Positions 15,600-28,437 of a DNA stretch of 64,000 nt are shown in pieces. The notes beneath the pieces were generated by a model that made no database searches, was not told the origin of the DNA, and was given only the letters and a program-made list of their open reading frames with translations. Every line of letters starts with the position of its first letter. The stretch's first letter is position 1. The DNA is from Eledone cirrhosa (Eukaryota): positions 370,760,001 to 370,824,000 of the forward strand of contig OZ024740.1 in the NCBI GenBank assembly GCA_964016885.1, given 5' to 3'. The translations under genes and the position numbers were made by a program.

Positions 15600-15840
15600 T
15601 TTGTTTGGAAACTTCAGAAAAAATATTAAAATCTCTCTTTCAAGTCTAAATTCCTTGACCTATCTCTTAAGTGACTCTCTGAAGCTAACATCTGGATTAT
15701 GTAAAACAATAAGTGGTATAATAATGTACTTTTATGTGAATTTTGCTGATGAATATTATATTGATTTGTTTTTCTTCGTATAGATCATAGATGTCATGAC
15801 TTATATGGATTATGGTTGATATTGTACCTTAGTTTCAACT
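15600..15840 (+). pseudogene. Degenerate LRR fragment (unit 2)
   Basis: LSSLNSLTYLLSDSLKLTS in ORF 15544, and DLYGLWLILYLSFN* near 15800-15840. Confidence 0.5.
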
Positions 15841-15989
15841 GACATTTCCATTAGTACAACTGAATAGATACATAAATACATACAGATTTACATGCATATA
15901 CAGACACATATACATATGTGTACAGACATATATATAGTGTGGAGAGCCTCCGTCAGTTCCGTCGATGAGTGTCCCAGCTGTTTGAATTC

Positions 15990-16210
15990 AGGAAATATAA
16001 CGTGAAAATGGCTGAGCATTCTGCAGATGCGTACACGCTTAATGCAGCTCTCGGGGAGATTCAGCTGAGTTGCAGCTCTCGAGGAGATTGCCAGCTGAGT
16101 TCAGTAATGCAATGTTAAATAAAGTGTCTTGTTCAAAGATACAATGCGCTGCTGGGAATAGAACTTATTTCCTTACGATCGCAAACCGAACACTCTAACC
16201 ATGAAGCTAC
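15990..16210 (-). mobile_element. SINE family B copy
   Basis: Reverse complement shows a tRNA-like head (tggttagagtgttcggtttgcgatcgtaagg) and the ttgaacaagacacttt core. Confidence 0.6.
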
Positions 16211-16324
16211 GGTAGTAGGCTGTGATTAGGAAACCATAGTGTAATACGGAAAAGCACTCAACGCCATGATTATCCTACCAGTTTTTATATGGTATCGTAA
16301 AGGTAGCGCAAGACGGAGTTAAAT

Positions 16325-16600
16325 ACATCAATAAACACAAAGGCTAGATTTCATAACTTCTTTAATTATGCCATAGCCATGATAAGTATTTCTGTGGTGA
16401 AATGACTACGTCATGATTCAATGATGCAATCCACGACACACTATAATTACATATTAATACCTTAATATACCATCTGGAGACGGCGCGTCATGGATTGCAT
16501 CATGGTATCATGTAGCCATTTCACCACAGAAATACGTATTATGGCTATTTTGTAATTAAAGAAGTTATGAAATCTAGCCTTCGTGTAGTATTATTGATGT
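16325..16600. repeat. Imperfect inverted repeat (MITE-like or old fold-back)
   Basis: Arm aaggctagatttcataacttctttaatta...tgatgcaatcca is mirrored at about 16490-16600. Confidence 0.7.
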
Positions 16601-16683
16601 CTGTCTTTGACAATAACAATATTGGTTATTCATCCGGCAGGAGCCCACTTGTATCGCGTCTAATCCGCATATGTATGTATACG

Positions 16684-17020
16684 GATGCAACATGGTCGAA
16701 TGGTTAAGGAGTTCACTTCGCAATAATAAGGTCCCAGATTCGATCCTACTGCATGGTATCTTGGTCAAGTGTCAAGTACCATAGCATTGAGTCAGCCAAA
16801 GTCATGTAAATGAAATTGGGAAGACGAAAACTGTTTGGAGTCTCATCGGATAGAATCTCTCTGTGATTCAAAGGGCCTGCCAGGCAGAAACTCCTTATGA
16901 ATTGTGTTAAAGATACACGTGCTTGTGGAATGCTCAACTACTTACAAGGTAATTTCACAAACAAGACATTCCCGTTGATCGAACAACTGGAACACGCATC
17001 GTTGAAACAGACGAAGGTCC
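16684..17020 (+). mobile_element. SINE family B copy
   Basis: TGGTCGAATGGTTAAG A-box and GATTCGATCC B-box; 3' part shared with the 15345 copy. Confidence 0.65.
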
Positions 17021-17138
17021 ATTCCATTCTATGGATGTATATGAATGTATGTATGTGTATGAATATATGTATGATTTATATATATATATGTGTATATGTG
17101 TGTGTGTATGTATGCATGCATACATGTATGTTTGTATG

Positions 17139-17186
<48 letters not shown>

Positions 17187-17339
17187 GAGGGAAAGAGAGA
17201 CTGGGAGAAAAAGGGGCGGGAACTGGGCGGGGAAAAGAGAAAGAACCTGGGGCAAAGAACAAAGAAAAGAATACATTAGACAGTAAAAGAAGAGCAGATT
17301 AGAAAACTTTAAATAAAACGATAAGATACTATATAAAGT

Positions 17340-17410
17340 CTCAGTAAGTTATCTCTTAATATCTTTTATTGGTTGTATCATGCGATCAGCGTTATTGGGA
17401 GACGTACTAA
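17340..17410 (+). pseudogene. Degenerate LRR-CT-like fragment (unit 2)
   Basis: LSKLSLN, then FIGC with a frameshift to SCDQRYW (compare NPFxCxCDLxW). Confidence 0.35.
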
Positions 17411-17457
17411 TAACAGTGCAAAGAGACATAAATTGTCTAGACAGTAAATATCATGCT

Positions 17458-17545
<88 letters not shown>

Positions 17546-17546
17546 C

Positions 17547-17635
<89 letters not shown>

Positions 17636-17663
17636 GAGGAGGAGGGGGGAGGAGGAGGAGGAT

Positions 17664-17750
<87 letters not shown>

Positions 17751-17751
17751 C

Positions 17752-17804
<53 letters not shown>

Positions 17805-17852
17805 GAGGAGGAGGAGGAGGAGGAGGAGGAGGAGGAGGGAGGAGGAGGAGGA

Positions 17853-17937
<85 letters not shown>

Positions 17938-17981
17938 CGGTGGTGGTGGTAGTAGTAGTAGTAGTAGGAGGAGGAGGAGGA

Positions 17982-18013
<32 letters not shown>

Positions 18014-18060
18014 CGTTGATGTTGTTGTTGTTGTTGTTTTTGTAGTTGATGATGATAATG
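17458..18060. repeat. Compound trinucleotide microsatellite (GTA)n/(GGA)n/(GTG)n
   Basis: Direct reading. The modular pattern, with cggtgg interruptions, repeats about 3 times. Confidence 0.95.
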
Positions 18061-18099
18061 ATTTGAGTCCCAAGTCAAACCTAATTCCGCATATCTATG

Positions 18100-18657
18100 A
18101 TGAAAGATATTCTTTTTCAAGCCATAGCGTACCTATGACAACATTATCTAAGGCGCTCTTTTTTTTTCAATGGAAAGCCATCACTAAGTCCAAGCCATAC
18201 GCAAGGGGAAATCCGTCGTGTGGACTATGCATTGATGAACGAATAAATATTCTAAAGAGATTATGCAATAGCGATTGCCTAAACACGAGTAATGAATTCT
18301 TCACACGTTGTCCACACGTCTTGACACACCTCTTACAAAGCTCCGGATTGAATTACAACAACATCCTAATTTTCTTATCAACTAGAAATTTTTCGGACGT
18401 TCGCAGTTATCTCCCTTACACCTCTCGCACGCATTTTTGTATTGCCTGTGTGAAGTGATCGTTTCTGCGCTTGCGCGTTCGTACGGTTGTCCTTCCTGTT
18501 CCGTATAACCATGTCCATTACGAGCTGAGGATCCGCTAAGGTGAAACAATTGTTCTCGGTATGGTGAACTAACTGTTGGGTAACCACTTCTACCTAACTC
18601 GTCCCATGGACTGAGTGTTCTACCACTACGGATATTACCTTCCAGTGTTCTAACACT
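18100..18657 (+). mobile_element. PLE 3' fragment (GIY-YIG C-terminus plus pLTR)
   Basis: TTLSKAL..WKAITKSKPY..CGLCIDERINI..LNTSNEFFTRCPH. Carries a HHR; its tail recurs at 43940-44003. Confidence 0.8.
18515..18564 (+). ncRNA. Type I hammerhead ribozyme
   Basis: ccattacgag-CTGAGGA-tccgctaaggt-GAAA-c-aatt-g-TT-ctcggtatgg. Confidence 0.8.
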
Positions 18658-18677
18658 ATATATATATATATATATAA

Positions 18678-18749
<72 letters not shown>

Positions 18750-18753
<4 letters not shown>

Positions 18754-18970
18754 AGAGTCAGGACCCCGACGGCTGGGCTCCGGCCGTTTCGGTAGCTAGA
18801 TCCGAACTAAACCAGTAGTATTTACTGGTTTCGTTCAAATCTAGCTGTCGAAACGGCCGGAGTTCAGCCGTCAGGTGCCTGACACATTTCCTATTACCGA
18901 CTCTACTACCCTACGTATCGAGTACACTGGTGCGTTATGGTCCACCTGGTTCCTTACCACACTTTCTTTG

Positions 18971-18975
<5 letters not shown>
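18750..18975. repeat. Fold-back hairpin plus tail (same family as 6091)
   Basis: About 18757-18884 is a long imperfect hairpin, followed by the shared tail; lies within (TA)n. Confidence 0.7.
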
Positions 18976-19068
<93 letters not shown>

Positions 19069-19069
<1 letters not shown>

Positions 19070-19425
19070 TAAGAGTGAGAAATGAAATTTCGTTTTCATT
19101 TTTTTCAACTTATCGTTTTCGGTATGCCTGACCGATTTAACTCACTCAATATGCAAATTAGGTTGCTCAGCCGTTAATTTTCATAAGGAAAGTATATACT
19201 TTCGAACGTTCAACTATCTGGCAGATGGGTAAACGGTGCTGATGATAGCTAACAAGCTTGAAACTAGTACATCGTTCCTGTGTCAGTGTTGAACAAAAAG
19301 GTGACGTGGTTGCCTTAACACCGTATGGCATAAATTCAGGCTGTTCAGTTTGTTGACAAACGAACAAAGCGGCGTTATAATAAGCGTCCGCTAAACTGAT
19401 GCGTGCATATATGTATGTCTACCTG

Positions 19426-19499
<74 letters not shown>

Positions 19500-19610
19500 T
19501 GCTACTGTACGTCTGTATACATATATGTATGTACGTATACATACATACTTACATTTAAGTAAGTGCCATACTAAGAGTGAGAAATGAAATTTCGTTTTCA
19601 TTTTTTTCAA

Positions 19611-19614
<4 letters not shown>
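19069..19614 (+). mobile_element. Non-coding HHR-bearing element with 45 bp terminal direct repeats (retrozyme-like or minimal PLE)
   Basis: ctaagagtgagaaatgaaatttcgttttcatttttttcaacttat at 19069 and 19571, an internal HHR, and (TA)n on both sides. Confidence 0.65.
19232..19276 (+). ncRNA. Type I hammerhead ribozyme (canonical core)
   Basis: aacggtg-CTGATGA-tagctaacaagctt-GAAA-c-ta-g-TA-catcgtt; stem I is 7 bp. Confidence 0.85.
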
Positions 19615-19656
<42 letters not shown>

Positions 19657-19658
<2 letters not shown>

Positions 19659-20298
19659 AGTGCTTCCTTAAAATGCCACACCTGGGCGAGAAAACCACCA
19701 ACGCTATCCGCAAGGCTATACGGAGGGAGGGCCTCGACATCCACCTAGCCCACTCGGGCCCCTCCCTGCGAAGATGCCTCTCCAAGAAACCCGAAAAATC
19801 TACTGACGCATGCTCCCTCAGAGACTGCCCGATACGCCATGCGAACTGTTGCCTACGCACATACGTCGTGTATAAGATAGAATGTGACAGGTGCAACCAA
19901 TACTACATAGGTAGCACAATTCGACCTTTGCACATCCGGATCAAGGAACACACTAAAACCAGGGCCTCGTCTTTCCGGAAACACATAGACAAATGCGGAA
20001 ACAAAGACGGAAGGCCCATTGTCACAATTCTAGTGACTGAAAGAAACGTCGGCACGTTACGTATCAAGGAAGCGCTTTTTATCAAACGCCTGCAACCGCA
20101 AATAAACAACCGATCAGAGAGAAGCGAAATGAGATGGCTGGTTTAAGTTAACAAGCGATGCAACAACACACAACACACGCACACACACACACACACACAC
20201 GCAAACGAGACAACTACACACACACACGCAGACACACACAGTAGCATTCCACCATACGAACATACTACACTGCCAATACAGAGGAACAAAGCAATAAC

Positions 20299-20354
<56 letters not shown>

Positions 20355-20874
20355 AAGCGAGACAACAACACACGCACACACACACACACAGTAACATTTA
20401 ACAAACAGGCAGAGAATGGACTGACAGCTAGCGCCATCCCACTCCCTCATTCGGCCGCTGACCTCTGTACGACCGACCCCATTTCACGCGCACGCGCGCT
20501 CTGCCGAATACCTCAGATATTCAAAACAACAAACAGCGAAGGACGCATTCCGGACCTGTCCGACAGACAACCTTTTTCCCCTCCCCGGAAAAAAACCCCA
20601 GTTTATGGATGTGAATCCGAAATATATAGGGACTATTAAATCTCTCCCAAGGTAACTCTCTCTTGTGTTGTTATTTTTATTCTATCCTTTATACTCTTCC
20701 CTTCATTCTACACATCTTATACACACCACGCATCTCAACGTACACCAACTTACATCTCTCTCTCCACCACCGGACCTTGTTACCCGGAGATTTACCCATT
20801 TGCATTGTCGAGGCTTCCAAACGACTTAAAGATATTTACTTATTGTTCCACAATGCTTCAAGCAAACTTCAATA

Positions 20875-20880
<6 letters not shown>
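19657..20880 (+). mobile_element. Second copy of the 13458 PLE family (intact GIY-YIG frame)
   Basis: ORF 19577-20146 has VVYKIECDRCNQYYIGSTIRPLHIRIKEH..IKEALFIKRLQPQIN. Highly similar to 13925-15072; flanked by (TA)n. Confidence 0.92.
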
Positions 20881-20944
<64 letters not shown>

Positions 20945-20989
20945 TCAAGCTTCCATATTCTGTGCCGTTTGTTTGTCTTTTACATACAT

Positions 20990-21023
<34 letters not shown>

Positions 21024-21025
<2 letters not shown>

Positions 21026-21312
21026 TGTTATATTTTGGGAGGGTCATGCTGTCAATAAAAACACACGCACCTCTTGGTTTTCACTTCAAAGGAGGTCACA
21101 GTATGTGTGACGAAAGAACTTTGACAATATATAAACAACCTTCCGGTTATCGAACCAACCAGCCAGCCGGAAATTTATAATATATTGAAGTAAAAACCAA
21201 CAGGTGCGTGTGTTTTTATTGGCTGCATGACTCCCAAAGTATAACAAAATCTGTTCCAACACACGTTTACCGATAAGAAATCTTGCAAAACAAAACAAAT
21301 TCAAAAACGAAG
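21024..21312. mobile_element. Fold-back pLTR mini-insertion of the 38345 family
   Basis: 21024-21088 is inverted relative to about 21185-21248. The junction falls just before HHR stem II (gtcacagtatgtgtgac-GAAA). Confidence 0.75.
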
Positions 21313-21479
21313 TATATATATACATATATAACTACCCTATCATTTCACATATGGAAGAATCTGTAGTAACCCTATATATGTCAAAGAGAATATAGAAAAT
21401 ACATGAAAGGATCAGTCTGATTTGCATGAAGAGCACAGCTGTTTGGTGTTGTATTTGAATAAATAATGAACATTTATGC

Positions 21480-22150
21480 AGGAACACAACGCATATTTCA
21501 AGATATGAAGTTAAGCTTAATATCTTGACAGGCCGGTGGATTGGCAGTATCGGTAGAGGGTCGGACGCCATGCTTTACAGCAAAGAGTTACATCCCTTTA
21601 CGGTCTGAGTTCAAATCCTGCCGAGGTTACCTTTGCCTTTCATCCTTACGGGGTCGATAAAATAAAGTACCAGTAATGCACTGGGATAATTGCTGGCCTT
21701 GTGCCAAAAGTAGAAACAATTGTTAAGCTTAATGGAGATAGAATTACTGGGGGGGGGGGTTAATCCTTGGTGTGAAAAGAATAAAGTGTGAAGTGTAATC
21801 GTTTTAACTATTCCTCCATACACAGAAAAACAAAAGAGATTATTCTTATGCATTTCGGACATTATTGTATCCTCATCAGAGAAAACTGCCACATATAATT
21901 ATGTGTAAGGAGGAACATTGGTATTACAACGCTATATATGCCAATCAGAATATGTTTTTAGACCTACGCATTAGTGATTCTTTCATTATTTCGTCAAATG
22001 TAGTGAAGTCTATGCCTTGCTGACAAGGTTCAATAAAACTGAAACATGTCTTAGAATATTTCAAACAACAATAGTTATTTTGAATGGCCCAGTCAGAGGA
22101 ACAAGATTAGCATCGAAGACCTTTTTCAAGGCCTCCAAGATTGTTGGGGA
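21480..22150 (+). pseudogene. Degenerate TIR domain (unit 2), interrupted by a SINE
   Basis: YEVKLN[SINE]GDR..KNKV*SVIVLT, then EHWYYNAIYA..SFIIFV..LRIFQ and a frameshift to NNSYFEWP (22067-22090; compare NTYLEWP). Confidence 0.55.
21531..21721 (+). mobile_element. SINE family A with putative target-site duplication
   Basis: Full copy; gttaagcttaat at 21510-21521 and 21722-21733. Confidence 0.9.
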
Positions 22151-22498
22151 CAAAGAAAATCTCTCACTGTCAGAAATACAGTGGACCAGTGATCAGTCTA
22201 TAAAAAACACGTGAACAGTGATAATGCTATTGTTTACTATTTGTGTTGGATAACGTGGACTTGAGTGCCAGTTTTCGTACCTTGATAAAAGAAGGGCTCA
22301 TTACAGGTCTGCTTAATTAGGGCTAAACAACAGTAACAAATTTCCTATGGTTTTCGCAGCAATCAAAGTAACTTGATTGTTTGCAAAGACCACCTAAAAA
22401 CAATCTAACCTAAGTGCACTTAAAGAGTGGACAAACCATACACTCCTTGCATCACTGTTTCTGATAACCAACAAACAGACGCTCAATAACCAGTAAAA

Positions 22499-22687
22499 TA
22501 ATTGTTTTTACTTTTGGCACAAGGCCAGCAATTACCCAGTACATTACTGGTACTTTATTTTATCGACCCCATAAGGATGAAAGGCAAAGTTAACCTCGAC
22601 GGGATTTGAACTCAGACAGTAAAGGGACGTAACTATGCTAGAAAGCATGGCGTCAAACCCTCTACCGATACTGCCAATTCACCGCCC
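22499..22687 (-). mobile_element. SINE family A
   Basis: Full reverse-complement copy. Confidence 0.9.
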
Positions 22688-22839
22688 TAGAATAATGCTG
22701 CTGTCTTGCATGCCACGAGAAACAAAACACCCCATTTCCCTACGGCGTAGACAGATATTCATTAGAATGCCCATATCCTTAAGTGGATAAAAATGACACT
22801 GTCGGCTCAACCACGTGATGCAAAACAACCGGTGGGAGT

Positions 22840-22946
22840 CCTGAATAACTGAACTTGGTAGCCATATACATATTTCCTGTCATTTCATTTCAACCGCATC
22901 TGTGTTGGCAGACGTATTTGAGTCTGCAAAACCAATGATAAAGCAA

Positions 22947-23012
<66 letters not shown>

Positions 23013-23234
23013 TATGTGTGCGTGTGTGTGTGTATGTATGTATATATATATATATATACATACATACATTGTAAATAAAACGAGTAAATCAGACAAAGTT
23101 GGAATTCCTCTTATTAATATAATCTTCTATACACAATCATACACACCCGTGTATATTTACCTATCTATATCTATATATATATATATATATATACATGTAT
23201 ATATGTGTGTGTCTGTGCGTGTGTGTATGTATGT

Positions 23235-23301
<67 letters not shown>

Positions 23302-23708
23302 ATGTAGAAAATATATATGTATATATATATATATATATATACTTATTGATTCCCGGAATGCATTACTCATTACATCAATTTCGACAACAATTGCTGCTCA
23401 AACTTTGGTTCTGCCAAAGTATTAACATTGTCAGCATCCTACTCTTTTTTCTCATCATATACTCCTTCTAACCTTCTACTTATTTCCCTCTTTCCTTTGG
23501 TGTTGTTGTTGTCGTCGTCATCATCATCATAATTATTATTATCATTATCTTCTGGGTCTCTTGCTTCTTAATTTGACAGCCAAACAAATCTTGAAGTTAG
23601 AACGGAGAATAATCTTGTTTGTGTAATCTTTGAGCAATAAGACTTTCAAGGCTTTCTTTCTCCCTTCTTAAAACTCTCTACAATAAATATGTCCGTGGTA
23701 TGCTATGA

Positions 23709-23791
<83 letters not shown>

Positions 23792-24348
23792 ACACCAGTA
23801 GCAACAGAGGCTGTCGTTGTGGTGGTGCTGGTGGTAGTGGTAAACTCTATAAATCCTTAGTCTGGAATATACACGTTCACAGTGGATGCAAGATTAAAGC
23901 CACAGAAATTCTTGCCAGCTACATAAACATGTGAGCAAGCTTACTTAGGACCAGCTTTGTTAACTCCACACAGGGAGAGGATTGGTAAAGTTCCGCAAGC
24001 ATTGCATGCTTCAATCTTGTTGAGCTTGGAATCCACCCATTACTGAACGCAACAACAGAGCAAAACGGAGAATAAACATAACTTGGATCTTGAAGTATAA
24101 CTATACTAGACTTTAAAATGTCTAATATATATATTAAAATAACAGATTAAAGTTTAAGCAAAGAATCGCTGCTTTCACCCTTAACGGGAACTTCTGAAGA
24201 TCCCGTTAAGGGTGAAAGCAGGGTGAAAGCAGCGATTCTTTGCTTAAACTTTAATCTGTTATTTTAATAAATATTTGCTCTAGGGTTCTTATATATTTGA
24301 TATATATTCATCCTTATCGAGCGCTCTTTGGATTTTAATCTTCACATT

Positions 24349-24420
<72 letters not shown>

Positions 24421-25300
24421 TATAGATGTATACATATGCATATATAAATATATATATATATATGGAAATTATGTCTGGATCTGATATGTTTGTGTATGTG
24501 TGGGGGGGGGGAGAGAAAGGGTGTTGAAGAAAAAGATTGATGACTCTTGAAGTTGTTTAGTAGATTCCTGGTCTAACAACTTGGCCATCTCGTGCTTTGT
24601 TTATCAACGACTACGTTGATCAACGTGTCATTTCCTTTTAAAGACAGTAGTACAGAAAAACTGAAGGAAATTTTACTGTGGTATTGTGAAGACAGCGTCA
24701 TTATCATGATCATCATCAGCAGAAGCAGCAGTATTATTTCTAGCACCATCCTCGTCATCCTTAACTTCATTGTAAACATCATCAGAAATTCTAATAGCAT
24801 CTTCATCAAAAAACAGCAACAGTTGCAGCAGCGTCATTACTATCATGAGTATTAGCAAGAGCAGCAGCAACAGTATCACCGTCACCACCATCGCCATCAT
24901 CATCATCCTCAGCAGTAACACAGCCCATAGTGGTATAAACATGATTAGAATTAAGTCAAATTCTGTTTACGTCAAATGAAATTAAATATTTATTTGTTGT
25001 TGTTGTGTTTGCGTTGTTGTTTATTTTTTGTTTTGTTTTTGTCTGTTTTGTTTATTTTATTTATTTATTTATTTACTTTTGTTTTATTTTGTTTCGAAAC
25101 ATTGATATTTTATGAAAACTGACACATTGCGTGGCCTATGTTACGTAGGTGAACTTGCTATTACCAAAATATGCAGAAACACCAGAAGACTCGGTGTATC
25201 TCGGACACTATTTCAAATGGCATAAAAAAGGAATACAAGATCTATTATAATTTTTGAGATGTTTGACCGTCTGTCACAAGAGACACTCACAAAACTAAAT
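22840..25300 (+). pseudogene. Scattered degenerate LRR fragments (unit 3, proximal)
   Basis: HFNRI/LADVFES (about 22890); FDSQTNLEVRTENNLVCVIFEQ*DFQGF..LKLSTINMS (23568-23695); IGKVPQALH..LSLES (about 23985); FKDSSTEKLKEILL (about 24640); DTLRGLCYVGELAI and MFDRLSQETLTKLN (25120-25300). Separated by repeats. Confidence 0.6.
24132..24352. repeat. Fold-back pLTR mini-insertion
   Basis: Inverted arms meet at cttc-t-gaag (24191-24199). Same family as 30227, 31590 and 54180. Confidence 0.8.
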
Positions 25301-26055
25301 AACTGTTTGTAGTTCTTTTCATTGACGTCATAAATCAACGTGTGCTCTATCTGCCAACACCTTTCTCTCTATCTCTATCATTCCCATTGTCTCTCTCTCA
25401 CCCTTGTCTATCTCCCTTTCTATATATATTTACAATTGAGGACATACCACTCCCCAACGATACACATGGCGACAAGTGGCATAGTAAGTTCTCCAAAAAA
25501 TAAAGGAAAAAAAGAAAAAATCATCTGTCTTCATTCTCAAAAAAAAGAAGGCGAAAGAGCCCAAAAAATCTTAAAAGTGGAAAGTCAAAAACACCCAAAA
25601 CAACCCACGTTACCACCACCACAAACACCCACCCAGTCAACCCCACTAACATCAACGTCACAACAATCACCACACACACAAATAACATTCCACCCCCACC
25701 CACCCCGACACAACAACAATAAAAAATATATACAAACATCACGCACTACACAGCAATTGACTCGAACAATGTAAAACTGTTAAATTACTTACAACACAAC
25801 ACCACATCACACAAAACGATTTTACAAAACCAGAAAAAATAGCAATACCCACAAACATACAAATATTTTTAAAAAACTCAGAAAAAAAAATAAAAATTCC
25901 CATATTCGATTGGTGACTTCAAGGGAACAATCTCCAAACGAATCTACACAGACATTTCGGCTCTTGAGACAAAAAAATACGAAGGATAGAACTACTGTCC
26001 TTCCTCTCCAAAATCTAAGGTGGCCTTTCCCACTTTCTCCTCCTCCGAATCGATC

Positions 26056-27150
26056 ATGACCTCACTCAAAATAGCCAGTGTGAATGCATGTGGCTTGGGG
26101 TCGTCCTAGAAGCAGGGCCACCTCCTCACCTTCATGGACTTGGAGGGTAAATTCGTTGTACTGGACGTGACCGGCTGTGAAGGGTTCGCCTTCAGGTTAG
26201 TGGCCATCTATGCTCCGACAGCGGCAGGACGAATTGATTTCTTCCGACGTCTTGAAACTTTTCTTGGAACGTCTCGCTCTTTAGTCTTAGTGGGTGACTG
26301 GAACGGTATATTAAAGGCTAGCTGGGATTGTGTGGCAGAAGTGTATAGGGGAGGAGGGTGTAAAAGCCTCGCAAACATGCTCAGATGCTTTCAATTGTCT
26401 GACAGGTACCGAGAGGATTTTCAGAATGCGCCAATGTGGACATTGACAAACCGCATCGGGTCATCCAGATCGTATCTAAAATAGGGTATTCTATAAGGAA
26501 TTAGAGAAATCTAGCTTAGATTGTCCGCAATTTAAGTTGAATACACAGACCATGAATTCGTGACGCGTTAAATAATTCTAGATAGGCTCCATAGGCAAGA
26601 CCCGGTTACTGGAGGCTGAATTCATCATTCTCGACTCACAAAGCCAACAGTAACCGGATTAGCGAATTAGTTAAACGGTCGTTGACGGGAACACTTGTCA
26701 AAAACAAATAGTGGTACACCCGGAAAAGGGCGATTAGAGTATAATCGATAAGGTTTAGCAAATCCGTAGCAATAGAAAAAAAACTAGAGTAGAGGGAAAG
26801 CTAGTTACAAAACTAGAAGAGGCGATTAGCAAAGGCATCGCAACCGACGTTCTTGTGGTGAGATCAGACCTGGACCAACTCTTCAATGCTAAGCACAAGG
26901 GCTACCTGGTTTGAGCTAAAGCGCGTGTTCTTAGATACGAGGGGACAAAAGCCGTTCATTTGGCCCGAGTGGCGAAGGCCGGGTGAAGCAACAAAGCTAC
27001 AATCCGATCTTGGAACACCACGACGAGCGCATGAAACTCGATCACAAGCAGATGGGTGTGACTTTTCTGCACCACTTTGCCCAGGAGCGGCGGCGGGCCG
27101 GATCGCGAGAGGGACTTCACAGCCAATCTCGATGGCCCGTCACGGCTGTT
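26056..27150 (+). mobile_element. L1/Tx1-clade LINE ORF2 relic (APE endonuclease)
   Basis: LKIASVNACGL, FRLVAIYAP, LVGDWN, SSRSYL, TDH and PGYWRLNSS motifs, with stops and frameshifts. Confidence 0.8.
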
Positions 27151-27379
27151 GCGAAAAGCCGATAACAGTCCTAAGAAACAGCGGCTTCTCCGTGAGAATC
27201 TCTTACTCTCCAAATCACCGTTGTATATCTAGCAAGAAAAACGTCAAGACTAATGCACTTTTCACACTTCCCTGTAGGCCATTGATACCGGCAAATGTTT
27301 TACCGCCATATAGTTGTAAATAGTCTACTCTTACCCTAAAAGGATGAAACCTCACATCACCAACTAACGCCTTCCATCT

Positions 27380-27800
27380 TCCAGATGCTCATGCAGATGG
27401 TCTGAGGCCTGACCTCTGGACCAACAGTGCAACACTCTAGCGGTGATATATGAAGCAAAAGTGATCTCCACCAACTAAAACGACCTAACTGAATCCTGGG
27501 ATTATGTAGCCATGACTGAGAGCCGGTTCAAAAGCCGATTCCTGAACCACGAAACGACATTCAGACATCCTGACAAAGACATACCACTCAGCTCGCAAGC
27601 AATGTGGGAAACCCCAAAGAAAGCGGCACAGCGTTCTCCATTAAATGGAGGATGCTGGAAAGAACCACCTCCTACATCAATGGAGCGAAATTTTGTCAGC
27701 TATGTACCTCTGAAAAGTAAAATACACTCTCACAACTGTTATCAAAGAAACGCTTCTTGAATACGCACCGCAACTGTTTCAATTGTTAAAATGGTCAAGG
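27380..27800 (+). mobile_element. Degenerate PLE GIY-YIG fragment
   Basis: CNTLAVIYEAKV..WDYVAMTESRFKSRFLNHETTFRH. Confidence 0.7.
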
Positions 27801-28141
27801 GCAGACTAATATTTCGACTTTTCAAATTAATTCGTCTCTTCCTGAAACACGAGTTACCTAACTTTTTCTTGTTAGAGTTAGCTCCCTTTACATTTATAAA
27901 ATGTAAGTTATTTGCTAGTTAAAGGGTAATTTCGGGATTACCTACCCTTAGAACTATCTTATACTTTCAAGAATCTCCCCGAATGTACACCATTTTTATT
28001 ATAGCCGACTGAATCAGTAACGAATTAATCTTGTGTGCCCCATTAATTTTCTGCTTTTATGAAAACTTATCTCTATGTTTACAAATCGAGGACTCACTTT
28101 TTTGTAATTCCTAATTCACACTTGTATTTTGGGATCCGGGC

Positions 28142-28437
28142 GTGATATATCAATTGGCAAAATCCATGCGAATTTTGCATGAGCCAATTAATAAGCGAAC
28201 CTTTTATGGAGATTCTATCTATACTTTGGAAATCAGATGTGGCGCATGGCTAACAAAGTTTAAGGACGAACTCTTAGCCTCTGCACACCCAATGATCGTT
28301 GTGCGTGTGGAAGAGTCACATCCTACTTTGAGGTAACCCTGTTTGGAGCTGAACACAATGAATCTAGAGGACTCTAACCTGGAGAAAATTCCCTCAGCAG
28401 ATCGTATGGTCATCTCACTTGAGTGACTTTCAATGTA
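28142..28437 (+). pseudogene. Degenerate LRR fragment (unit 3)
   Basis: INKRTFYGDSIYTLEIR...*PCLELNTMNLEDSNLEKIPSADRMVISLE*LSMY in one frame with 2 stops. Confidence 0.6.

Noticed and set aside
17378-18120. Long poly-T/V/S/L/Y ORFs suggesting a mucin-like gene
   Set aside because: Pure trinucleotide repeat that is open in many frames, with no flanking coding context.
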